Positions 17,316-26,804 of a stretch of 64,000 nt of DNA are shown one piece after another; positions within the stretch are counted from its first letter, which is position 1, and every line of letters starts with the position of its first letter. This DNA comes from Candidatus Omnitrophota bacterium (GTDB lineage Bacteria; Omnitrophota; Gorgyraeia; Gygaellales; Profunditerraquicolaceae). The notes below the pieces were generated by a model, which did not search any database, was not told the DNA's origin, and saw only the letters and a program-made list of their open reading frames with translations. Location of the stretch: NCBI GenBank assembly GCA_026387405.1, contig JAPLLV010000056.1, forward strand, positions 25,765 to 89,764, written 5' to 3'. A program made the translations under genes and the position numbers.

Positions 17316-18065
17316 ATGCGCAAAAGATGGTTGATCGCCGCTTTAATCATATTAACCGCTTGGCGTTGGGGCTTTGCCGGGGAAAAAGTTCCTGCCCCTT
17401 CGGGATGGGTAAATGATTTTGCCGGAGTAATCAATCCGGCGTATAAAGAAAAAATCAGCTCTTTAATTGAAGAGCTGGAGCAAAAGACAAGCTCAGAGAT
17501 AGCGGTAGTTACCATAAGCTCCATCTCGCCATATGATGAAAATTCATACGCGAGGATGCTCTTTGACAGCTGGAAACCGGGGAAAAAGGGTAAGGATAAC
17601 GGCGTCTTGATCCTTGTGGCGGTCAAAGAAAGACGCTGGAGGATCGAGACCGGATATGGAGTAGAAGGCATATTGCCCGACGGGCTCTGCGGAGAGATCG
17701 GCCGTAACCAGATGGTCCCCTATTTTAAACAAGGTGATTACGGAACAGGCCTTTACTATGGGGCCGCGGCAATAGCGCAAATTATTGCTAAAGATGCACA
17801 CGTTGTCTTAGACGTAGAAGGAAACCTCCCCGGTACACCTATAACCCAGACTCCAGGGTCGTCTATGGAAGGCATAATATTCTTTATAGTAATAATAGTG
17901 ATAATTGTTCTTACGTTGATTTCCAACCTCTTTCACGGTTACGGTCTTTTTGGCGGTGGATATTACGGCGGTGGATATGACGGAGGCGGTGGTTTTGGCG
18001 GAGGTGGATTCGGAGGATTCGGAGGAGGCGGAGGAGGCGGTGGCGGAGGTGGAGGAGGATTTTAA
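17316..18065 (+). CDS. TPM domain (YgcG-like) protein
   Basis: VNDFAGVI, DNGVLILV, IETGYGVEG, TM helix, Gly-rich tail. Confidence 0.9.
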   Translation: MRKRWLIAALIILTAWRWGFAGEKVPAPSGWVNDFAGVINPAYKEKISSLIEELEQKTSSEIAVVTISSISPYDENSYARMLFDSWKPGKKGKDNGVLILVAVKERRWRIETGYGVEGILPDGLCGEIGRNQMVPYFKQGDYGTGLYYGAAAIAQIIAKDAHVVLDVEGNLPGTPITQTPGSSMEGIIFFIVIIVIIVLTLISNLFHGYGLFGGGYYGGGYDGGGGFGGGGFGGFGGGGGGGGGGGGGF

Positions 18066-18111
18066 ATGAGGGCGCAATTTGATAAGTCGGAATTAATAAT
18101 GGGAGGTAATT

Positions 18112-18669
18112 ATGAATAAAATGGTCATCGGAATAATAGCGGCGATAGTGCTCATCGGCATCATATTTATTTCAGGGTACAACGCAATAGTTTCAAAACA
18201 TGAGACTATTACTGCCAAATGGGCGCAGGTAGAGAATCAGCTGCAGAGGAGAAACGACCTTATACCAAATCTCGTCAACACGGTGAAGGGATATGCAGCG
18301 CACGAAAAGACCTTATTTGAAGATATCACTAACGCGCGTTCGCAATGGGGCAAGGCAAACACGGTGGACGAAAAGGTCAAGGCTGCAAGCGCCATTGACA
18401 GCGCCATCTCGCGTTTATTGATGGTGGTAGAGAATTATCCGAATTTAAAAGCAGACCAGACCTTCCTGAAATTACAGGATGAATTAGCGGGAACAGAAAA
18501 TCGTATTGCCACCGAACGCATGCGTTATAACGAAGCGGTAAGGGAGTATAATATAACGGTAAGGATGTTCCCGGGGAACATGATCGCCGGAATTTACGGC
18601 TTCAAACCGGCTACTGAATATTTTAAGGCCGAAGAAAGAGCAAAGGCAGTACCGGAAGTAAAATTTTAA
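18112..18669 (+). CDS. lemA: LemA family protein
   Basis: QRRNDLIPNLV, ENYPNLKA, ENRIA, RYN. Confidence 0.93.
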   Translation: MNKMVIGIIAAIVLIGIIFISGYNAIVSKHETITAKWAQVENQLQRRNDLIPNLVNTVKGYAAHEKTLFEDITNARSQWGKANTVDEKVKAASAIDSAISRLLMVVENYPNLKADQTFLKLQDELAGTENRIATERMRYNEAVREYNITVRMFPGNMIAGIYGFKPATEYFKAEERAKAVPEVKF

Positions 18670-18671
18670 AG

Positions 18672-18849
18672 TAGCAATGGAATTGTCTGTGAGCGCACAA
18701 TTAGAATTTTTTCGGCAAAAGCGCGCAAAGCTTTACGGTGAGCAAAGTGAGCTACCGTAAGTTAGTCACAGACGTTGGCGAACGAAGCGAACCGTAAACT
18801 GTAGCGCGCGGCGAAAAAATTCGTGCGCGAACAGACATTTACATTGCTA
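18672..18849. mobile_element. MITE-like long imperfect inverted repeat
   Basis: TAGCAATG..TGTCTGT..GCGCAC..GAATTTTT pairs with AAAAATTC GTGCGC..ACAGACA..CATTGCTA; non-coding. Confidence 0.55.
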
Positions 18850-18857
18850 ATATACAT

Positions 18858-20060
18858 ATGAAATACATAGTACTGGTAGGAGATGGGATGGCGGATTACC
18901 CGATCCAAGAACTGGGTAATCGTACGCCCTTAGAGGCGGCCAAGACCCCGAATATGGATTTTATCGCCCAAAACGGCATGCTCGGGCAGATAAAAACTAT
19001 CCCCCTGAATATGACCCCGGCCTCGGACGTGGCCAATATCTCTATCCTGGGGTATGACCCGGAGCAATATTACACCGGGCGCGGACCGCTTGAAGCGGCC
19101 AACCTGGGAGTAGAATTAGGGGATGACGACATAGCTTTCAGGTGCAACCTGATCACCGCTTCCGGTGATACGCTCATAGATTACAGCGCCGGCCATATCT
19201 CAACCAAAGAAGCAGAACAAATCATTAGATTTCTCGATCGTGCTCTCGGCAATGACCAGATCAAATTTTACCCGGGGGTGAGTTACCGGCACGTAATGCT
19301 GGTCAAGGACGGCGCCCGTGAAAACCTGGATAAAATAAAGGCTAAACCGCCGCATGATATAAGCGGACAAGGTATTTCCAAGAATCTACCCGTTGGCCCG
19401 GGGAGTGAGATACTGATAAAATTAATGCGGGATTCTTTGCCGCTCCTTGAGAACCACGAAATAAATCACGTCCGGGTTGACTTAAAAGAAAACCCGGCAA
19501 ACATGATCTGGCTCTGGGGACAGGGCAAAAAACCCGTCATGCCTAAGTTCTCTGATAAATACGGGCTCACCGGCAGCGTTATTTCCGCGGTAGATCTATT
19601 GAAAGGCCTGGGAAGGATCCTGGGCCTTAATGTGATTGATGTCCCGGGCGCAACAGGATATTATGATACGGATTATGCCGGCAAGGCCAATGCGGCTATC
19701 AAATCATTAAAAGAACTCGACTTCGTCTTTGTTCACGTAGAGGCCCCGGACGAGGCAGGGCACAACGGAGACCTAAGGGAAAAAATCGCGGCCATTGAAC
19801 GCTTTGACCAGCTGGTGGTCGGCAACATTTTAGATGCCTTTAAACGCAGGAAGAATTTCCGCGTATTAGTACTTCCCGACCATGCTACTCCTATCAGCCT
19901 GAAAACGCACGTGGCGGATAAGATCTGTTTCGGTATCTTCGGTAAAGATATTACGGCGGGTAATTTTACGGCTTACAGCGAAAAAGAAGCTCAAAAATCC
20001 AGCCTTAATTTTGAAAAAGGACATGAGCTGATGGAATATTTCATACGGAGCAAAATATGA
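18858..20060 (+). CDS. Cofactor-independent phosphoglycerate mutase-like protein (ApgM / proposed homoserine kinase family)
   Basis: GDGMAD, TPLEAA.TPNMD, SDVAN, GRGPLEA, DEAGH, PDH. Confidence 0.85.
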   Translation: MKYIVLVGDGMADYPIQELGNRTPLEAAKTPNMDFIAQNGMLGQIKTIPLNMTPASDVANISILGYDPEQYYTGRGPLEAANLGVELGDDDIAFRCNLITASGDTLIDYSAGHISTKEAEQIIRFLDRALGNDQIKFYPGVSYRHVMLVKDGARENLDKIKAKPPHDISGQGISKNLPVGPGSEILIKLMRDSLPLLENHEINHVRVDLKENPANMIWLWGQGKKPVMPKFSDKYGLTGSVISAVDLLKGLGRILGLNVIDVPGATGYYDTDYAGKANAAIKSLKELDFVFVHVEAPDEAGHNGDLREKIAAIERFDQLVVGNILDAFKRRKNFRVLVLPDHATPISLKTHVADKICFGIFGKDITAGNFTAYSEKEAQKSSLNFEKGHELMEYFIRSKI

Positions 20061-21277
20061 GCCATAAGTTGATCGTACAGAAATTCGGCGGTTCATCACT
20101 CGCCAACGTTGAACGTATCCAGAATGTGGCGAAAAGGGTCGCCGGCTATAAGAAAAACGGGCACGATCTGGTAGTGGTAGTTTCGGCGTTGGGCGACACC
20201 ACCGATGAACTGATCGAACTAGCCAATAAAATCAATACCGAGCCTTCAGAGCGAGAAATGGACATGCTGCTTTCTACGGGAGAACAGATATCGGTCGCGC
20301 TCCTGGCCATGGCCCTGCATAAACTCAAGGTAGAAGCCATATCTTTCACGGGCCTGCAGATCGGCATTATTACCGACACCAGCCACACCCGGGCGCGTAT
20401 TTTAAAGGTCAATACCGAGAAAATAAAAGAGGAACTTCAAAAGGGAAAGATAGTCATTGTCGCCGGCTTTCAGGGCGTCACCCCTAATCAAGACATTACC
20501 ACCCTCGGCCGCGGCGGCTCAGACCTGACCGCAGTAGCCCTGGCCAAAGAATTAAAGGCCGACGAATGCGAGATATACACTGATGTGGAAGGCATTTTTA
20601 CTACCGATCCGCGCATCGAACCAAAGGCCAGAAAAATAAACGCCATAACTTACGACGAGATGCTTGAAATGGCCTCATTAGGCGCGCAGGTAATGCAGGC
20701 GCGCTCCATAGAGGTAGCGAAAAAATTTGACGTACCCATACACGTGCGCTCTTCATTTTCGCAAAAACCCGGCACAATGATCATTAGGGAGGTTAAAAGA
20801 ATGGAAGAGGTCGTAGTCAGCGGGGTAACCTTGAATAAAAACGAAGCCAAGATCACCGTATGCGATGTCCCGGACAAACCCGGAGTGGCAGCCAGGATCT
20901 TTAATGAATTATCCGGCGCGGGCATAAATGTGGATATGATAGTCCAGAACGTATCTCATACCCGCAAGACCGACATCTCCTTTACCATAAGCAAGGCGGA
21001 GAGCGTTAAAACCCTCAAGACCGTCAAGAAGGTTGCCGCAAAGATCGGGACAGGGGAAGTCTTAATGGATGACGATATTGCCCGTTTGTCGATAGTGGGC
21101 GTGGGGATGAAATCGCATCCCGGGGTCGCAGGCACGATGTTTAAAGTCCTGGCGGAAAATAAAGCCAACATCGAGATGATCTCTACCTCGGACATAAGTA
21201 TATCCTGCATCATCAAAAAGAAATTTGCCGAGACCGCGTTAAGAGCGCTGCACGGAAAATTTGGTTTAGCAAAATGA
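20057..21277 (+). CDS. lysC: Aspartate kinase
   Basis: QKFGGSS, VVSA, GRGGSD, TDV, two ACT domains. Confidence 0.95.
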   Translation: MSHKLIVQKFGGSSLANVERIQNVAKRVAGYKKNGHDLVVVVSALGDTTDELIELANKINTEPSEREMDMLLSTGEQISVALLAMALHKLKVEAISFTGLQIGIITDTSHTRARILKVNTEKIKEELQKGKIVIVAGFQGVTPNQDITTLGRGGSDLTAVALAKELKADECEIYTDVEGIFTTDPRIEPKARKINAITYDEMLEMASLGAQVMQARSIEVAKKFDVPIHVRSSFSQKPGTMIIREVKRMEEVVVSGVTLNKNEAKITVCDVPDKPGVAARIFNELSGAGINVDMIVQNVSHTRKTDISFTISKAESVKTLKTVKKVAAKIGTGEVLMDDDIARLSIVGVGMKSHPGVAGTMFKVLAENKANIEMISTSDISISCIIKKKFAETALRALHGKFGLAK

Positions 21278-21283
21278 CTTAGT

Positions 21284-21359
21284 TGTCATTGCGAGGAGCG
21301 AAAGCGACGAAGCAATCTAAAGGCATGATTGCTTCGCCCCTTCGGGGCTCGCAATGACA
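21284..21359. repeat. GTCATTGCGAG-type palindromic repeat (family R5)
   Basis: TGTCATTGCGAG..CGAAGCAATC..GATTGCTTCG..CTCGCAATGACA; second copy at 43733. Confidence 0.85.
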
Positions 21360-21378
21360 GTATTGAAAAGAGGACTTT

Positions 21379-22971
21379 ATGCATAAAGTAAAATTATACG
21401 ATACCACGCTGCGCGACGGCTCACAGGGAGAAGGTATTTCTTATTCCGTAATGGATAAAGTCCATATCGCCGGAGAGCTGGATTTATTAGGCATCCATTA
21501 CATTGAAGGCGGTTGGCCCGGGTCCAACCCTAAGGACATGGAGTTCTTCCTGAAAATGTCGCAACTGCGTTTGAAAAACAGCGAACTGGTGGCCTTTGGC
21601 TCAACGCGCAAAGCCCATACGCCGGCAGAAAAAGACCCAAACCTGCTTGCGCTGTTAAAATCCAAGGTCAAGATCGTTACGCTCTTCGGGAAAACCTGGG
21701 ATTTGCATATTACAGAAGTGCTCAAAACTACCTTAGAGGAAAATCTGGCAATGATCAAGGATTCCGTAGGGTTCCTTACTGCCGGAGACATAGAAGTATT
21801 CTACGATGCGGAGCATTTTTTTGACGCCTATCAGGCAAATAAAGAATACAGCTTGCGCTGCCTGGCCGTTGCGCAGGAAGCAGGGGCACAGGCGATCTGC
21901 CTTTGCGATACAAACGGCGGGACCTTAACCTCCAGAATTTCAGCTGTAATTAAAGAGATCCGGCCAGAGATCAAAGTAAGCCTGGGTATCCATTGCCATA
22001 ATGACGCGGGGCTGGCTGTGGCTAACTCCATTGCCGCGGTTGAGGCAGGGACAGATATGGTCCAGGGAACCATTAACGGTTACGGAGAACGCTGCGGAAA
22101 TGCCGACCTGATCCCGATCATAGCTAACCTCAAATTAAAATTAGGTATTGACTGCGTAACTGACGACAAATTAAAGGAACTGACCAAAGTTTCGCATTTC
22201 GTCAGCGAGATCAGCAATATGAAACAGCGGGATGAGCAGCCCTACACCGGGGCTTCGGCTTTCGCGCACAAAGCCGGGGTGCATATCAACGCGGTGATGA
22301 AAAATCCCAAGACCTACGAACATATCGAACCGGCCCTGGTAGGAAACAAAAACAGGATCCTGGTTTCGGAACTCGCCGGGAAAACCGGAGTATTTGTCCG
22401 GGCTCAAGGATTGGACTTAAACCTGGACAAGAATGACCCGCGGACTAAGAAGATCCTGGAGCTTATCCAGAGGCTTGAGCACGAAGGGTATCATTTTGAG
22501 GCAGCCGACGCGTCTTTCGAACTCCTGATGAAGAGGGCGCTTAAAAAATATAATAAATTCTTCGACCTCACCGGATTCCGCGTGGTTATCGAAAAGGAAT
22601 CAAACCGTAAGGTTACTACTGAAGCGATAATCAGACTGAAAGTAAAAAACGCTAAGGTCCACACTGCCGCGGACGGAGACGGCCCGGTCAATGCCCTGGA
22701 TAATGCCCTGCGCAAGGCCTTGGCAGATTTTTATCCAGCATTGTCGAAGATGCATCTTTCTGATTTCAAGGTGCGCGTCTTGGATGAAAAAGCCGGCACT
22801 GCCGCAAAGGTGCGCGTACTCATTGAATCGCAGGACGAAGACGATACCTGGAGCACCATCGGGGTTTCGGAAAATATCATCGAGGCCAGCTGGCAAGCGC
22901 TCGTTGACAGCGTAGAATACAAGCTTTTGAAAGATGGAAAACAACTCTACGGGCATACCCGTGAAACCTAG
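21379..22971 (+). CDS. cimA: Citramalate synthase
   Basis: YDTTLRDG.QGEG, GGWPGSNPKD, YDAEHFFD, HCHND, GPVNALD. Confidence 0.9.
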   Translation: MHKVKLYDTTLRDGSQGEGISYSVMDKVHIAGELDLLGIHYIEGGWPGSNPKDMEFFLKMSQLRLKNSELVAFGSTRKAHTPAEKDPNLLALLKSKVKIVTLFGKTWDLHITEVLKTTLEENLAMIKDSVGFLTAGDIEVFYDAEHFFDAYQANKEYSLRCLAVAQEAGAQAICLCDTNGGTLTSRISAVIKEIRPEIKVSLGIHCHNDAGLAVANSIAAVEAGTDMVQGTINGYGERCGNADLIPIIANLKLKLGIDCVTDDKLKELTKVSHFVSEISNMKQRDEQPYTGASAFAHKAGVHINAVMKNPKTYEHIEPALVGNKNRILVSELAGKTGVFVRAQGLDLNLDKNDPRTKKILELIQRLEHEGYHFEAADASFELLMKRALKKYNKFFDLTGFRVVIEKESNRKVTTEAIIRLKVKNAKVHTAADGDGPVNALDNALRKALADFYPALSKMHLSDFKVRVLDEKAGTAAKVRVLIESQDEDDTWSTIGVSENIIEASWQALVDSVEYKLLKDGKQLYGHTRET

Positions 22972-23005
22972 ATTAGATCCTTGACATTGTAATTCATGTC
23001 AAGGA

Positions 23006-23114
23006 TTATCCCGCCGACAGGAATAATTTGTTAATTTAGCGACATCTCGCCGAGCGGGTATTTCTTCTTATTCATGCACGGCTATGGCCGTGGTATTCTG
23101 CGAAGGCGGGATAA
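23006..23114. repeat. Small inverted-repeat element (possible IS200/IS605-type remnant)
   Basis: TTATCCCGCC...CACGGCTATGGCCGTG...GGCGGGATAA. Confidence 0.45.
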
Positions 23115-23119
23115 ATCTA

Positions 23120-25933
23120 ATGAGCAATGAAATCCCCAAACAATATAACCCGCGAGAATGTGAAGATAAGTGGTATAAGTTCTGGGAAGAGAATAATTAT
23201 TTCTCCGCCAGGGCCAATCCCGCAAAGAAACCTTTCTCTATAGTCATTCCGCCGCCTAATGTGACAGGGATCCTGCACATGGGCCATGCCTTAAATAACA
23301 CTATCCAAGACATCCTCATCCGCTACCATCGCATGCAAGGTGAAGAGTCTCTCTGGATGCCGGGGACTGACCATGCCGGGATCGCCACCCAAAACGTGGT
23401 AGAAAAAGCCCTTGCCAAGGAAAACATCAAGCGCCAGGATTTAGGGAGGGAAAAATTCATCGAGAAAGTCTGGCTATGGAAGGAACAATACGGCTCCGCC
23501 ATCATCAGGCAGCTAAAGAAATTAGGCGCATCCTGCGATTGGTCAAGGATACGCTTTACCATGGATGAGGAATATTCCAAGGCGATAGTTGAAGTCTTTG
23601 TGCGCCTATATGAGAAGGGCCTGATCTATCAGGGAAACTACATTATCAACTGGTGCCCGCGCTGCCAGACCGCGCTTTCCGATGAAGAAGCGCCGCATAA
23701 AGAGCTGCAGGGAAATTTATACTATTTAAGATATCCTATTGTCGTTAGTCGTAAGTCGTTAGTCGTTAGTAAGGCTGGAGCAAAAGGAAGCGGAAAAAAG
23801 ACGGATGACGAATACATTGTTGTCGCAACTACCCGGCCGGAGACGATGCTCGGCGACACGGCGGTGGCGGTTAACCCCAAAGATAAACGCTATAAGCATC
23901 TTATCGGTGAGAGCATCATCCTGCCTTTAGTCAATCGCGAAATAAAAATTATCTCTGACAACAGCGTGGATGTGAAATTCGGCACAGGCGCGGTCAAAGT
24001 CACGCCCGCGCATGACCCTAACGATTATGCCTTAGGCAAAAAGCACAAGCTGGAATTTATAAACGTGATGCGTGCCGACGGACGCATGAATGAAAATTCG
24101 GGCGATTACAAAGATATGGATCGTTTCGAGGCCAGGGAGGTCATCCTGGAAGACTTGAAGGAAAAGGGATTCCTGGAGAAGGTCGAACCTCACCAGTTGT
24201 CCGCTGGACACTGCTACCGTTGCCACACCATCATCGAACCCTACCTATCCAAACAGTGGTTTGTAAAAATGAAGCCGCTGGCAAAAGAAGCGATACGGGT
24301 AGTCAAAAAGGGTAAGATCAAATTTCATCCGGAGCGCTGGACCAAGGTATACCTTAACTGGATGGAGAATATCCAGGATTGGTGCATCTCCAGACAGATC
24401 TGGTGGGGACATCGCTTGCCTGTTTACTACTGTAAAAATTGCCTGACTAACGACCAACGACTAACGACTAACGACAAGGGAGGCGTTATTGTCTCTCGCA
24501 CTAAGCCGGAAAAATGCCCGGAATGCGGTTCAACCGATATCTATCAAGACGACGATGTGCTGGACACCTGGTTTTCCAGCTGGCTCTGGCCCTTTGCTAC
24601 CTTTGGCTGGCCATTTGGCTTATCGCATATGGCAAATGGCATATCGCAAGAAAGCCATAAGCGATTAGCGATAAGCGATAAGCAAAAGGATTTAGATTAT
24701 TTCTACCCCACCTCTGTCCTCGTTACTGCCCCGGAAATCATCTTTTTCTGGGTAGCGCGCATGATCATGGCCGGCCTGGAGTTCATGCAAGACATTCCTT
24801 TTAGAGATGTTTATATCCACGGGACAGTGCGCGACACCGAAGGCAAAAAGATGTCTAAATCCCTGGGTAATATTATAGACCCGCTGGATATCATAAAAGA
24901 GTTCGGAACCGATGCCTTACGCTTCAGCCTGATATCCATTACCGCCCAGGGCCAAGACGTATTCTTGTCCAAAGAAAGATTTGAACAGGGAAGGAATTTC
25001 GCCAACAAGATCTGGAACGCCTCAAGGTTCATCCTGATGAACCTCCAACCGGAGCAAACCAAAGCCGATCTCTGTGTATTCTTCAAAAAAGAAAATTTAA
25101 GCCTGGAAAACCGTTGGATCTTAAGCCGGTTCTATTCGGTATTAAAAGAGTTAAACTCTCACCTTGACTCCTTAAAATTCAATGAAGCCGCGAATCTTTT
25201 GTATGGCTTCTTCTGGCACGAGTTCTGCGATTGGTATCTGGAAATAATCAAGGCTGATATAAAGAACCCGCAGAACCAGATAGTCATGTATAAGGTGTTA
25301 GAAAAATTTTTAAGGATACTGCACCCGTTAATGCCTTTTTTGACCGAGGAGATCTGGCAGAAATTTAACAACCAACCAACGACCAAGGACCAACGACTAA
25401 CGACCAGTATTATGATCCAGCCCTGGCCGCATGTGCAAGAGCAGATGATCGACAAGAAATATGAAGAATTGATGCAGTCGGTCTTTGATGTCATTGTAAC
25501 CATCCGGAATATGCGCTCGGAATTGGAAATACCCCTCCAGGACACCATATCCTCGACGATTTGTTCTCCCCAGAAGAAGGAACGAGAACTTTTAGCATCC
25601 TGCGCTCCGATCATAAAGAACCTGACCAAAACAGGAGAAGTGGATATCAAAGAGACATGCACGCGCGGCCCGGGACAATTCGTAATGGTCTTAAAAGACA
25701 TGCATATCGTCATCCCGCTCTCAGGGCTAATAGACATTGCTGCCCACCGCAAAAAGACCGAAGAGAAGATAGCCAAAGCTGAGGCAGAGATCAAGCGCAA
25801 AAAGGAACTGTTGGAGAATGCGAATTTCAGCAAAAATGCACCGGAAGAAATAGTAGAGAAGGAAAAGGCGAGGTTAAGCGAATTAAACGAGCTGGTAAAA
25901 AAACTAAAGGCGGTGAAAGATGCACTCCAATAA
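23120..25933 (+). CDS. valS: Valine--tRNA ligase with four heptamer-repeat insertions
   Basis: PPPNVTGILHMGH, DWCISRQIWWGH, KMSKS, C-terminal coiled coil. Confidence 0.97.
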   Translation: MSNEIPKQYNPRECEDKWYKFWEENNYFSARANPAKKPFSIVIPPPNVTGILHMGHALNNTIQDILIRYHRMQGEESLWMPGTDHAGIATQNVVEKALAKENIKRQDLGREKFIEKVWLWKEQYGSAIIRQLKKLGASCDWSRIRFTMDEEYSKAIVEVFVRLYEKGLIYQGNYIINWCPRCQTALSDEEAPHKELQGNLYYLRYPIVVSRKSLVVSKAGAKGSGKKTDDEYIVVATTRPETMLGDTAVAVNPKDKRYKHLIGESIILPLVNREIKIISDNSVDVKFGTGAVKVTPAHDPNDYALGKKHKLEFINVMRADGRMNENSGDYKDMDRFEAREVILEDLKEKGFLEKVEPHQLSAGHCYRCHTIIEPYLSKQWFVKMKPLAKEAIRVVKKGKIKFHPERWTKVYLNWMENIQDWCISRQIWWGHRLPVYYCKNCLTNDQRLTTNDKGGVIVSRTKPEKCPECGSTDIYQDDDVLDTWFSSWLWPFATFGWPFGLSHMANGISQESHKRLAISDKQKDLDYFYPTSVLVTAPEIIFFWVARMIMAGLEFMQDIPFRDVYIHGTVRDTEGKKMSKSLGNIIDPLDIIKEFGTDALRFSLISITAQGQDVFLSKERFEQGRNFANKIWNASRFILMNLQPEQTKADLCVFFKKENLSLENRWILSRFYSVLKELNSHLDSLKFNEAANLLYGFFWHEFCDWYLEIIKADIKNPQNQIVMYKVLEKFLRILHPLMPFLTEEIWQKFNNQPTTKDQRLTTSIMIQPWPHVQEQMIDKKYEELMQSVFDVIVTIRNMRSELEIPLQDTISSTICSPQKKERELLASCAPIIKNLTKTGEVDIKETCTRGPGQFVMVLKDMHIVIPLSGLIDIAAHRKKTEEKIAKAEAEIKRKKELLENANFSKNAPEEIVEKEKARLSELNELVKKLKAVKDALQ

Positions 25934-26801
25934 CCATTTTCTTTCGGAAAGAGAACCTGCGTTAAGCGAACAGAGGATAGACGAAATAGTCCGGCACGCG
26001 CTGATCGAGGATATTGGAAAAGGGGACATCACTACTGAGCTGACCATACCTAAAGGCAAAGATATCGAAGCTAAACTGGTTGTAAAAGAAGATTGTATCA
26101 TCTGCGGGATGATGCTCGCGGAAAGGGCATTTACCCTCTCTGATAAAGGCGTCAAATTCAGCGCGCTGGTAAAAGACGGCCAAGCCGCTAAATCCGGAAA
26201 GGCCATCGCGGAGATCTCCGGAGACGCCGGCCATATTTTGACCTCGGAGAGAGTGGCGCTTAACCTCTTGAGCATGCTCTCAGGGATCGCCACTACCACG
26301 CGAAAATACGTCAAGGCAGCCAGCCCGCACAAGGTAAAGATCACCGATACCCGCAAGACCATGCCCGGACTAAGGGAGCTGCAAAAATACGCCGTGAGGA
26401 TAGGAGGAGGTTATAGCCACCGTATGGGTCTTGACGAGATGATCCTGATCAAGGACAACCACATCAAGGTCACCGAAGGCTATGACAAACTACCCAGCGT
26501 GCCTAAAGGTTTTAAGATCGAGATCGAGGTACAGAATATAGATGAATTTAAACATGCCCTGCGCTTTAAGCCGGACGTGATCATGCTGGATAACATGAAA
26601 ATAGAAGATATAAAAGAAGCGGTTAAGATCCGCAATAACACTGAATTTAAAAGCCATCACCTTCCCACTAAACTTGAGGCATCAGGAGGCATCGTCCTGG
26701 AAAACATCCAGGAGGTAGCCTCAACCGGCGTCGATATTATCTCTATCGGAGCCCTAACCCATTCCGTGGACTCCATTGATATAAGCCTTGATATTGAATA
26801 G
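25920..26801 (+). CDS. nadC: Nicotinate-nucleotide pyrophosphorylase (quinolinate phosphoribosyltransferase)
   Basis: EDIG.GDIT, ER..LN, DTRKT, KDNH, MLDN, EASGG. Confidence 0.95.
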   Translation: MHSNNHFLSEREPALSEQRIDEIVRHALIEDIGKGDITTELTIPKGKDIEAKLVVKEDCIICGMMLAERAFTLSDKGVKFSALVKDGQAAKSGKAIAEISGDAGHILTSERVALNLLSMLSGIATTTRKYVKAASPHKVKITDTRKTMPGLRELQKYAVRIGGGYSHRMGLDEMILIKDNHIKVTEGYDKLPSVPKGFKIEIEVQNIDEFKHALRFKPDVIMLDNMKIEDIKEAVKIRNNTEFKSHHLPTKLEASGGIVLENIQEVASTGVDIISIGALTHSVDSIDISLDIE

Positions 26802-26804
26802 CGG

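Noticed and set aside
17940-18062. GGN-rich low-complexity tract
   Set aside because: Normal Gly-rich tail of TPM/YgcG proteins
18681-18703. Resemblance to the lac operator (TGTGAGCGCACAATT) as vector contamination or a LacI site
   Set aside because: Imperfect match embedded in a larger native inverted repeat; no vector sequence nearby
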